NCBI GenBank assembly: GCA_963558405.1
Contig: CAUWGC010000028.1
Location: 1 to 10,407 of the forward strand
Length of the DNA stretch: 10,407 bases
Source of the DNA: an uncultured Clostridia bacterium
GTDB lineage: Bacteria > Bacillota > Clostridia > TANB77 > CAG-508
Direction of reading: 5' to 3'
Made by a program: the position numbers and the translations under genes. The notes beneath the pieces are model-generated. The model had not been told where the DNA came from and did not search any database. It saw only the letters and a list, made by a program, of their open reading frames with translations. Numbering within the stretch: the stretch's first letter is position 1; each line of letters opens with the position of its first letter. Below, one piece after another: positions 1 through 7,644 of this stretch.

Positions 1-5
1 ACCAC

Positions 6-50
6 TAAATGCAATTAATTTTTTTTATACTTGCATTTAACTTTTTATTT
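6..50 (+). terminator. Probable intrinsic terminator of the gene upstream of the window
   Basis: Inverted repeat TAAATGCAA (6-14) / TTGCATTTA (31-39), followed by ACTTTTTATTT. The 16-nt loop is long and the stem is AT-rich. Confidence 0.5.
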
Positions 51-80
51 CACACAAAACCTTAAATTTGCTTAAAATAC

Positions 81-109
81 TTGACAAATAGCTAAAAATA
101 GTGTAAAGT
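81..109 (+). promoter_or_regulatory. sigmaA-type promoter of the ylxM-ffh operon
   Basis: Perfect TTGACA (81-86), 17-bp spacer, TAAAGT (104-109), 30 nt upstream of the ylxM ATG. RBS-like GAGG precedes the start. Confidence 0.75.
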
Positions 110-139
110 ATATTAGCATTACACATGAAGAGGTAGAAA

Positions 140-487
140 ATGGATAAACATATAGAAATAAGTTTGTTATGTGAATATTATGGAAAATTATTAACAGAAA
201 AGCAATATCAATTTATTATAGATTACTATAATAATGATTTATCTTTGTCTGAAATTGCAGAAAACTATAATATTACAAGGCAAGCCGTAAGAGACAATAT
301 AAAGAAGGGGGAAAATAAACTTTTCGAGTATGAAGAAAAGCTAGGATTTATGAAAAGGACTAGAACTAGAGACGAGAAAATCGTAGAAATTTTATCAGAA
401 CTAATGAAAATAGAAGAAAACTCTTCCGATAAAAAAGTAGCCAAAATACTAGAACATGTGAAAAATGAATTAAACTGTTTAGTTTAA
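140..487 (+). CDS. ylxM: YlxM/UPF0122 family helix-turn-helix protein associated with the signal recognition particle
   Basis: 115 aa with family motifs YGKLLTEKQ, YYNNDLSLSEIAE, ITRQAVRDNIKK and LFEYEEKLG; canonical position directly upstream of ffh. Confidence 0.93.
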   Translation: MDKHIEISLLCEYYGKLLTEKQYQFIIDYYNNDLSLSEIAENYNITRQAVRDNIKKGENKLFEYEEKLGFMKRTRTRDEKIVEILSELMKIEENSSDKKVAKILEHVKNELNCLV

Positions 488-501
488 AAGGAGGAAAATT
501 A

Positions 502-1851
502 ATGGCTTTTGAAGGATTATCTTCCAAATTGCAAGAAATTACAAGAAAACTAAAGGGAAAAGCAAGAATTACAGAAAGTGACCTAAAGGAAATGTTAAGA
601 GAAGTAAAACTTGCTTTACTAGAAGCTGATGTTAATTACAAAATTGTAAAAGAATTTATTTCATCTATAGAACAAAAAGCTTTAGGGCAAGATGTTTTAA
701 AATCCTTAACACCAGGGCAACAAGTTATTAAAATAGTAAAAGATGAAATGGTAGAATTATTAGGTGGAACAGAAAGTAAAATTAACTTTACACCAAACCC
801 ACCAACAATAATAATGTTAGTAGGTCTTCAAGGTTCAGGAAAAACTACAACAGCAGGTAAACTTGCAAATTTGTTAAGAAAACAAGGGAAAAAGCCATTG
901 TTAGTTGCTTGCGATGTATATAGACCAGCAGCTATTAAACAATTACAAGTTGTTGGAGCAAGTCTTGGAATTCCAGTATACAGTAACGAGAATTCAAAAG
1001 ATGTTGTGCACATTGCAAAACAAGCACTAAGTGTTGCTATTTCAAAATTAAATGATGTTATTATTCTAGATACAGCTGGACGACTTCAAATTGATGAAGA
1101 ACTAATGAATGAACTTAAAAACATTAAAAAAGATGTAAAGCCACATGAAATTCTATTAGTAGTAGATGCAATGATTGGTCAAGAGTCTGTTAACGTAGCA
1201 AGCACATTTAATGAAGAATTAGGAATAGATGGTGTAATTCTTACAAAACTAGATGGTGATACTCGTGGTGGTAGTGCTTTATCTATAAAAAAGGTAACAG
1301 GAAGACCAATTAAATTTGTGGGAATGGGAGAAAAACTAAGTGAATTAGAAGTTTTTCATCCAGATAGAATGACATCAAGAATATTAGGTATGGGCGATGT
1401 TTTAGGAATTATAGAAAAAGCAGAAGAAGCATTTGATATTGAAGAAGCAGAAAAAATGGAAAAAGCATTAAAGAAAAAAGAACTAGATTTAGATGATTAT
1501 TTAATGCAATTAAGACAAGTTAAAAAAATGGGTTCATTTTCTTCTATATTAAAACTAATACCAGGAATGAGTCAAATTAAAGATTTAAAAGTAGACGATA
1601 AAGAATTTGTTAAAATAGAAGCAATTATTTGTTCTATGACTAAAGAAGAAAAAAGAAATTACAGGCTATTAAATGCAAGTCGTAGAAGAAGAATTGCAAA
1701 AGGTAGTGGAACTACTGTGCAAGATGTAAATAAATTTATAAATTCTTTTGAAGCAACTCAAAAAATGATGAAAAGAATGCAGAATGATAAAAATTTAAAA
1801 AATATTCTTAAAAATGTAAATCCAGAAGATTTAAAAAAATTTAAAATGTAG
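502..1851 (+). CDS. ffh: Signal recognition particle protein Ffh (SRP54 GTPase)
   Basis: ALLEADV N-domain, GLQGSGKTT P-loop, DVYRPAA, DTAGR, TKLDGD and the M-domain RNA-binding motif SRRRRIAKGSG; RBS AAGGAGG upstream. Confidence 0.99.
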   Translation: MAFEGLSSKLQEITRKLKGKARITESDLKEMLREVKLALLEADVNYKIVKEFISSIEQKALGQDVLKSLTPGQQVIKIVKDEMVELLGGTESKINFTPNPPTIIMLVGLQGSGKTTTAGKLANLLRKQGKKPLLVACDVYRPAAIKQLQVVGASLGIPVYSNENSKDVVHIAKQALSVAISKLNDVIILDTAGRLQIDEELMNELKNIKKDVKPHEILLVVDAMIGQESVNVASTFNEELGIDGVILTKLDGDTRGGSALSIKKVTGRPIKFVGMGEKLSELEVFHPDRMTSRILGMGDVLGIIEKAEEAFDIEEAEKMEKALKKKELDLDDYLMQLRQVKKMGSFSSILKLIPGMSQIKDLKVDDKEFVKIEAIICSMTKEEKRNYRLLNASRRRRIAKGSGTTVQDVNKFINSFEATQKMMKRMQNDKNLKNILKNVNPEDLKKFKM

Positions 1852-1943
1852 TTATTAATTTTAATAAGAATTTAAAAAACAACTTCAAATTCTTATAAAA
1901 ATAAAATATATAAACAAAAAAATTTGGGAGGTGAATTTGTAAA

Positions 1944-2180
1944 ATGGTAAAAATCAGATTACAAAGAGTAGGTGCTAAAAAAGCTCCATATTATCATATT
2001 GTTGTTGCTGATTCTAAATCTCCAAGAGATGGAAAAATTATTGAACAACTTGGAACATATAATCCAATGGTAAAACCATCAGAAATAAAAGTAGATGCAG
2101 AAAAAGTAGAAAAATGGATTAAAAATGGTGCAAAACCAACAGAAACAGTAAAAAAATTAATTGAAATAGCAAATAAATAG
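1944..2180 (+). CDS. rpsP: 30S ribosomal protein S16 (bS16)
   Basis: [31 protein letters not shown]...GTYNP...GAKPT; RBS GGGAGGTGA at 1926-1934. Confidence 0.99.
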   Translation: MVKIRLQRVGAKKAPYYHIVVADSKSPRDGKIIEQLGTYNPMVKPSEIKVDAEKVEKWIKNGAKPTETVKKLIEIANK

Positions 2181-2204
2181 TAATTAGCTTAGAAAGGATG
2201 ACAA

Positions 2205-2435
2205 ATGAAAGAAATTTTAGAAAGCATAATTAAAGGATTAGTTGATAAACAAGAGGAAGTTTCTATTAAAGAATTACAAGGTGAAAAAAGTATTGTTTTT
2301 GAAGTAAAAGTTGCAGAAGAGGACATGGGAAAAGTAATAGGAAAACAAGGAAGACTTGCTAAATCTATTAGAACTCTTATGAAAGCCTTAGCATCTAAAG
2401 AACAAAAACGTATTACAATAGAATTTATAGGATAA
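2205..2435 (+). CDS. khpA: Single KH-domain RNA-binding protein KhpA (YlqC/UPF0109)
   Basis: 76 aa with the KH GxxG loop in DMGKVIGKQGRLAKSIRT; canonical position between rpsP and rimM. Confidence 0.95.
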   Translation: MKEILESIIKGLVDKQEEVSIKELQGEKSIVFEVKVAEEDMGKVIGKQGRLAKSIRTLMKALASKEQKRITIEFIG

Positions 2436-2447
2436 GGTAAAAATAGC

Positions 2448-2954
2448 ATGCAAGAATATTTAGAAATTGGAAGTATTGTAAATACTTTTGGAATAAAAGG
2501 CTTTTTAAAAGTAAATCCTTATACAGATGATATTAAAAGATATGATGCTTTAAAAGAAATTTATTTAGTAAAAGAAAATAAAAAGAAAATTTTTGAAGTA
2601 GAAGAAGTAAAATATCAGAAGTATGTTGTATTACTAAAATTAAAAGGAATTGATACAATAGAAGAAGCTGAAAAATATAGAAATTATTCAGTTCAAGTGG
2701 ATAGAAAAGATGCAGTAAATCTTCCAGAAGATACATATTTTATTGTTGATTTAATTGGAATGACTGTATATGAAGATAATGGAAATGAACTTGGATTATT
2801 AGAAGATGTTTTTCCAACTAAAGGTAATGATATTTATGTAGTTAGAGATAAAATAGGAAAGCAAATTTTAATTCCTGCAATTGGAGATGTAGTTAAAATG
2901 GTAGATATACAAAATAAAAAAATGATAGTACATTTAATTGAAGGATTAAAATAG
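2448..2954 (+). CDS. rimM: Ribosome maturation factor RimM
   Basis: N-terminal IGSIVNTFGIKG motif, YFIVDLIG, NDIYVV, ILIPAI; 168 aa; synteny. Confidence 0.96.
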   Translation: MQEYLEIGSIVNTFGIKGFLKVNPYTDDIKRYDALKEIYLVKENKKKIFEVEEVKYQKYVVLLKLKGIDTIEEAEKYRNYSVQVDRKDAVNLPEDTYFIVDLIGMTVYEDNGNELGLLEDVFPTKGNDIYVVRDKIGKQILIPAIGDVVKMVDIQNKKMIVHLIEGLK

Positions 2955-2964
2955 GAGAAAGAAA

Positions 2965-3690
2965 ATGAAATTTGATATATTAACGCTTTTTCCAGAAATG
3001 TTTTCTGCCTTAAAAGAAAGCGTTATAGGAAGAGCAGTAAAAAATAGACAAATTGAAATTAATGCAATTAATATAAGAGATTTTTCAAAAGAAAAACACA
3101 AAAAAGTAGATGATACTCCATATGGTGGAGGTGCTGGTATGGTAATAAGACCAGATGTAGTTTACGATGCATATCTTTCTATTCCTAAAGAAAAAAATAC
3201 AAAAGTAATATATTTATCTCCACAAGGTAGTGTTTTAAATCAAAATAAAATAGAAGAATTAGCAAAAGAAGAACATCTTATTTTGCTGTGTGGACATTAT
3301 GAAGGAATAGATCAAAGAGTAATTGATGAAATAGTAGATGAAGAAATTTCTATTGGAGATTATGTATTAACTGGTGGAGAAATTCCAGCAATGGTATTAA
3401 TAGACAGTGTATCTCGTTATGTAGATGGAGTTATAAAGAAACAATCAACTGACGAAGAGTCTTTTTCAGAAGGATTACTAGAATATCCACAATATACAAG
3501 ACCAGAGGTATTTTTAGAAAAGAAAGTTCCAAATATTCTATTATCAGGTCATCATGCTAATATTCGCAAATGGCGAAAAGAAGAATCCATAAAAAATACA
3601 TATAATAAAAGGCCTGAATTATTAAAAAATAAGAAATTATCAAAAGATGAAGAAAAATTATTAGAGAATTTAATAAAAAATAATATTTAG
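2965..3690 (+). CDS. trmD: tRNA (guanine37-N1)-methyltransferase TrmD
   Basis: TLFPEMF, VDDTPYGGGAGMV, LCGHYEGIDQRV, SIGDYVLTGGE, LLEYPQYTRP, LLSGHHA motifs. Confidence 0.99.
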   Translation: MKFDILTLFPEMFSALKESVIGRAVKNRQIEINAINIRDFSKEKHKKVDDTPYGGGAGMVIRPDVVYDAYLSIPKEKNTKVIYLSPQGSVLNQNKIEELAKEEHLILLCGHYEGIDQRVIDEIVDEEISIGDYVLTGGEIPAMVLIDSVSRYVDGVIKKQSTDEESFSEGLLEYPQYTRPEVFLEKKVPNILLSGHHANIRKWRKEESIKNTYNKRPELLKNKKLSKDEEKLLENLIKNNI

Positions 3691-3763
3691 TACAAGGTAC
3701 TAACAAATTGAAAGAGATGAAAAAAATCATCCGACTTTCAAAATTTAAAAAGGAGGAATAAAA

Positions 3764-4219
3764 ATGGATATAATAAAATCTATTGAACATGAACAATTAA
3801 AAAACAAAATTCCAGACCTTCATATTGGTGATACAATAAGAGTTCATCAAAGAATTAAAGAAGGAAATAGAGAAAGAATTCAAGTATTTGAAGGAATTGT
3901 TATTAAAAAACAAGGTGGAGGATTAACAGCTACTTTTACAGTAAGAAGAATTTCATATGGTGTTGGAGTAGAAAAAACATTCTTAATTCATTCACCACTT
4001 GTAGAAAAAGTAGAAGTAGTAAGAGTAGGTAAAGCTAGAAGAGCTAAATTATATTACCTAAGAGATAAAGTTGGTAAAGCTGCTAAGACAAAAGAAAATC
4101 TTGGTGCAAGAATTGAAGATAAAGAAATTGTCGTAAAAGAAGAATTAGTAGAAGAACCAGCTGAAGTTGCTACAGAAAGTGTAGCTGCAGAAGAAACAAA
4201 TAATGAAGTAAAAGAATAG
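3764..4219 (+). CDS. rplS: 50S ribosomal protein L19 (bL19) with an acidic C-terminal extension
   Basis: [49 protein letters not shown]; RBS AAGGAGG; about 40 extra C-terminal residues. Confidence 0.98.
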   Translation: MDIIKSIEHEQLKNKIPDLHIGDTIRVHQRIKEGNRERIQVFEGIVIKKQGGGLTATFTVRRISYGVGVEKTFLIHSPLVEKVEVVRVGKARRAKLYYLRDKVGKAAKTKENLGARIEDKEIVVKEELVEEPAEVATESVAAEETNNEVKE

Positions 4220-4238
4220 TTATAAATGCTTATACAAT

Positions 4239-4276
4239 AAAAAAAGAAGAAACCAAATAAATGGTTTCTTCTTTTT
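4239..4276. terminator. Bidirectional intrinsic terminator between rplS (+) and the convergent - strand genes
   Basis: Perfect 15-bp inverted repeat AAAAAGAAGAAACCA (4241-4255) / TGGTTTCTTCTTTTT (4262-4276) with a 6-nt loop. T-run on the + side and A7 run (4239-4245) giving a U-tract on the - strand. Confidence 0.9.
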
Positions 4277-4283
4277 GGGATTT

Positions 4284-4658
4284 TTAGAAATCAAATCCAA
4301 TTGACAAATTTTGTGGAATTCTGATTGAGTAGACTTCTTCGGAATACTCGGTTTCTTTACATAAGAAGCCGTCAATCTCCAACAATTTTAAAAAGGTTAA
4401 AAAAGAAATCTGATAAGAATTTTCAAAATCCGATTTTGTTAATCTCAGACCATCCATATAAGGTGCATCTACCTGACTTACAAAATCAGTTACAAGAGAA
4501 AACACCGTATTAATATAAATATTCTGAGCCTCTTCTAAATCAGTCTTTCCTGTAGCAGATTTTAGTAAATGATACCGCATAAGCTCGTGCGCAAGGCAAG
4601 AAGATTTGCGACACACCATACTAAACTCTTTCATTTCATCTGCACTTTTGAATCTCAT
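4284..4658 (-). CDS. Hypothetical protein (124 aa, no family recognised)
   Basis: ATG start with RBS GAAAGGGG (4668-4675 on -, 9-nt spacing), its own sigmaA-like promoter, and a stop 7 nt before the bidirectional terminator. It fills the intergenic space with no overlap. Confidence 0.75.
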   Translation of the reverse strand: MRFKSADEMKEFSMVCRKSSCLAHELMRYHLLKSATGKTDLEEAQNIYINTVFSLVTDFVSQVDAPYMDGLRLTKSDFENSYQISFLTFLKLLEIDGFLCKETEYSEEVYSIRIPQNLSIGFDF

Positions 4659-4709
4659 AGGTAAAAACCCCTTTCAAAAAATATAAGTGTAAAAATACAC
4701 CGTCCATAT

Positions 4710-4738
4710 ATAATATCACAAAAATTAAATAAAATCAA
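4710..4738 (-). promoter_or_regulatory. sigmaA-type promoter of the orphan gene
   Basis: On - strand: TTGATT (4738-4733), 17-bp spacer ending TGTGA, then TATTAT (4715-4710); includes an extended -10 TG. Confidence 0.65.
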
Positions 4739-4744
4739 TATAAA

Positions 4745-7126
4745 CTAGTGTTCTTTACTAATTTGTGCATATTTTTTTAATTTTTCATATGCAAGATAAT
4801 TTACTGTTCCTGCTGGGAAATGTCCATCTTTATCTTTTTTTCCAGCTGGTACACCAGTTAAAACTTCAATACCTTCTTCAATAGTCTTTATAGCATATAT
4901 ATGAAATAAATTTTGTTTAACAGATTCAATGATTTCATCAGAAAGATGTAAATTTTTTATATTTTGAACTGGTATCATTACACCATGTGAACCATCAAGT
5001 CCACGTGATTTACATATTTGATAAAAGCCTTCAATTTTATCATTAACTCCACCAATAGGTTGAATCTCACCTTTTTGATTTACAGAACCAGTAACAGCAA
5101 TAGATTGGTTAATTGGAATTTCCGATAAACTAGATAAAATTGCATATAATTCTGTACTAGATGCACTATCACCATCAACACCATTATATAATTGTTCAAA
5201 ACAAATACTAGCAGTAAGAGAAAGAGGCATATCTTGAGCAAATTTTTCTCCTAAATATGCAGATAAAATAAATACACCTTTTGAGTGAGTTGAACCAGAA
5301 AGAGAAACTTCTCTTTCAACATTTATAACTCCACTTTTTCCTGTATAAGTATTAGCTGTTATTTTAGCAGGCTTACCAAAAGAATAATCACCTATATTCA
5401 TAACTGTAAGGCCATTAATTTGTCCAACTTTATATCCTGAAGTATCAATTAAAAGTGTATTTTGTTTAATCATTTCTAAATAATGTTGATCATATTTTTT
5501 TACTCTTTCAATACGTTCAGCTAGAGCTTTATCTACAAAATTTTTGGTTACAATTTTAGATTTTGCCATTTTTGCCCAAGTACCAGCTTCACCAATTACT
5601 TGAGATAAATCATTAAATCTAGTAGAAAGTTTATCTTGATTATCAGCAAGCTTTGAAGCATATTCCATAACTCTTGCAGTAGCTTCTCTATCTAAAGGAG
5701 GTAAATTCTCTTGTTCACAAAAACCATGAATAAATCTAGCAAGTTTATTAGCATTTTCTAAAGTATTAGGAGCGTCATCTTCAAATTCTACTTTAATTTT
5801 AAATAATTTTCTAAAATCACTATCAACATTTAATAAAGTATAATATAAGTTTTCATCCCCAACTAACAATACTTTTATATCAAGTGGTATAGGCTCTGGC
5901 TTTAAAGATACCATTACCATACTAGAACGTTGATCAGTTGCATTTTCTAATATTAATTCTTTTATTCTAAGAGCTTTTTTTAAAGAATCATAACATAAAC
6001 CATTTTGTACTAAATCTTTTGCTTGGAAAATAATATAACCACCATTTGCAATATGAAGTAATCCTGGTTTTAACATGGTATAATCTGTTTTTAATGTTCC
6101 ATAATAATTTTCATATTCTAATTTTCCAAATAAATTTGTGTAAGAATAATTAGAATCCATTACTACAGGAGCACCTTCTAAATTACTATTATCAATAAAT
6201 AAATTAACACGATAATTAAGCCAAGGCTTTGGAGATTCTTGTCTTGGACCTTGTTGATTAGATTTACAAGTATCATCACTTGAAATAAAAATAGAAATAT
6301 TTTTTAAAATATCCTGTTTTACTCCATCTAAAAATTCATTAATTTTGCGATTTCTTTTAAATCTTGATTTTATATTATTAATATGAACATTAATAGTAAG
6401 TAATGCAACATTTGATTGCCATTCTTCCACACGTTTTTCAGATTCTTTTTCTATTACTTTAATTTGTGTTATTACATCCATAATTTGTTCTTGAACAATA
6501 CTTGATTTGTCTTCAAATTCTTTTTTAATAGAATCATCTAATTTTTCAAATTCTTCTTCTTCAATTGCTTTACCATTTACAATTGGCATCATATATATTC
6601 CGTTATTAACTGTTTTTACATGAAAACCATATTTACTAGATTCTTGTGAAAGTTTTTCTAATAGTATACTTCTCTTATTATCATACTCTTGTTTAATAAG
6701 AGTTTTTTCTTTTTCAAAATCATCATTATTAAAAGTATTTTTTATGTCTATACGAATATCCTTTATAAAAGAATCCATAACTTCTTTAAATTCTTTTCCT
6801 TGACCAGCAGGAAGTGAAACTGCAATAGGTTCATTTGGGTTTGAGAAATTATAAATATAACACCAATCATTTGGAGTTTTTTTCTTTTTTGAAATTTTAT
6901 CCAAATAATTTTTGGCATACATTGTTTTACCAACGCCACTTGGGCCTTCAATAAAAATATTGTAACCCTTTACATTTACATTAATACCAAATTCTAAAGC
7001 TTTTATCCCACGATCTTGTCCAATGCCGGTATAAATAGGTTCTAATTCAGAAGTATCATTAAACTTAAAAGCATCAGGGTTAAAGTTTGGTTTTAATAAT
7101 TTATAATTTAGTTCGTTTTTTTTCAT
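4745..7126 (-). CDS. Lon-like protease (peptidase S16, LonC/YcbZ-like) with N-terminal AAA-like domain and helical insert
   Basis: Walker A GPSGVGKT (aa 61-68), GLLHIANGG, VGQINGLTV, FEQLYNGVDGDSAS with catalytic Ser654, AVTGSVNQKG..QPIGGVNDK with Lys697 (43 residues from the Ser, the Lon Ser-Lys dyad spacing). No transmembrane segment seen. Confidence 0.9.
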   Translation of the reverse strand: MKKNELNYKLLKPNFNPDAFKFNDTSELEPIYTGIGQDRGIKALEFGINVNVKGYNIFIEGPSGVGKTMYAKNYLDKISKKKKTPNDWCYIYNFSNPNEPIAVSLPAGQGKEFKEVMDSFIKDIRIDIKNTFNNDDFEKEKTLIKQEYDNKRSILLEKLSQESSKYGFHVKTVNNGIYMMPIVNGKAIEEEEFEKLDDSIKKEFEDKSSIVQEQIMDVITQIKVIEKESEKRVEEWQSNVALLTINVHINNIKSRFKRNRKINEFLDGVKQDILKNISIFISSDDTCKSNQQGPRQESPKPWLNYRVNLFIDNSNLEGAPVVMDSNYSYTNLFGKLEYENYYGTLKTDYTMLKPGLLHIANGGYIIFQAKDLVQNGLCYDSLKKALRIKELILENATDQRSSMVMVSLKPEPIPLDIKVLLVGDENLYYTLLNVDSDFRKLFKIKVEFEDDAPNTLENANKLARFIHGFCEQENLPPLDREATARVMEYASKLADNQDKLSTRFNDLSQVIGEAGTWAKMAKSKIVTKNFVDKALAERIERVKKYDQHYLEMIKQNTLLIDTSGYKVGQINGLTVMNIGDYSFGKPAKITANTYTGKSGVINVEREVSLSGSTHSKGVFILSAYLGEKFAQDMPLSLTASICFEQLYNGVDGDSASSTELYAILSSLSEIPINQSIAVTGSVNQKGEIQPIGGVNDKIEGFYQICKSRGLDGSHGVMIPVQNIKNLHLSDEIIESVKQNLFHIYAIKTIEEGIEVLTGVPAGKKDKDGHFPAGTVNYLAYEKLKKYAQISKEH

Positions 7127-7172
7127 TTGTAAATTTCCTTCTTTCTTATATTTTTAATTTTGATAGTATATA

Positions 7173-7181
7173 ATTATAACA
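7173..7181 (-). promoter_or_regulatory. Extended -10 promoter for the Lon-like protease gene
   Basis: TGTTATAAT (TGnTATAAT consensus) on - strand in the 74-nt gap between rimI and the protease. No good -35. RBS AAAGAAGGA downstream. The region is very AT-rich, so a chance match is possible. Confidence 0.5.
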
Positions 7182-7200
7182 TTTTATAATTAATGTAATA

Positions 7201-7644
7201 TTATGTAGTAAAAAATAAAGACATTAAAATAGCATCTTTTTGATTAGGATAATAATTTTTTCTACAGCCAACCACTTTAAAACCAGATTTTTCATAAAGA
7301 TGTATAGCAGAATAATTATCCTGATTAACTTCTAATGTAAGAACTGTTGCATTTTTTTTAGTAGAAAGTTTAATTAAGGAATTTAACAAATAAGTTCCAA
7401 TTCCTAAATTACGTTTTGATTTTTTTACTACAATATTATTTAAATGAATTTCATCAAGAATTTGCCAAATACCAGCAAATCCAACTATTTCGTCATTTAA
7501 TTTAGCAACTATATAAATAGTATTCGGATTATTAATTTCTAAAGCTAAAGTTGAGATTGTCCAAAAATCATCAAAATCTGATAACAATATGGGAGCAATT
7601 TCTTCTAAATCTTTTATTGTCATGGGACTAATATTAATTTCCAT
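7201..7644 (-). CDS. rimI: Ribosomal-protein alanine N-acetyltransferase RimI (GNAT)
   Basis: IVGFAG, EIHLNNIVV, acetyl-CoA motif KRNLGIG, LTLEV..N..AIHLYEKSGF..RKNYY...DAILM; follows tsaB with an 11-nt overlap. Confidence 0.88.
   Translation of the reverse strand: MEINISPMTIKDLEEIAPILLSDFDDFWTISTLALEINNPNTIYIVAKLNDEIVGFAGIWQILDEIHLNNIVVKKSKRNLGIGTYLLNSLIKLSTKKNATVLTLEVNQDNYSAIHLYEKSGFKVVGCRKNYYPNQKDAILMSLFFTT

Noticed and set aside
1770-1851. Ffh C-terminus is K/N-rich instead of the Gly/Met-rich tail of many homologues
   Set aside because: This tail is highly variable across bacteria and the composition fits the AT bias; all functional motifs are intact.
828-3796. Antisense ORFs 828-1013, 2189-2449, 2533-2736 and 3557-3796
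   Set aside because: They lie opposite well-conserved genes. Their F/L/I/S-rich composition is what the reverse complement of A-rich coding sequence gives, and no recognisable motifs support them.
4220-4283. Absence of lepB/rbgA/rnhB, which often follow rplS in Bacillota
   Set aside because: Gene order downstream of rplS is variable and a terminator closes the operon; no pseudogene remnants are seen.
4301-4513. TTGACA at 4301-4306 and the + strand 62-aa ORF 4325-4513 antisense to the orphan (possible antisense or toxin-antitoxin pair)
   Set aside because: No -10 at 16-18 bp spacing, TTG start without an RBS, and it lies just downstream of a terminator. The - strand ORF has far better signals.
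101-4700. Similarity between GTGTAA..TTACAC (101-124) and GTGTA..TACAC (4687-4700) as a shared regulon motif
   Set aside because: Half-site spacing differs greatly (24-bp versus 14-bp total span) and the half-sites are short, so one dimeric protein is unlikely to bind both.
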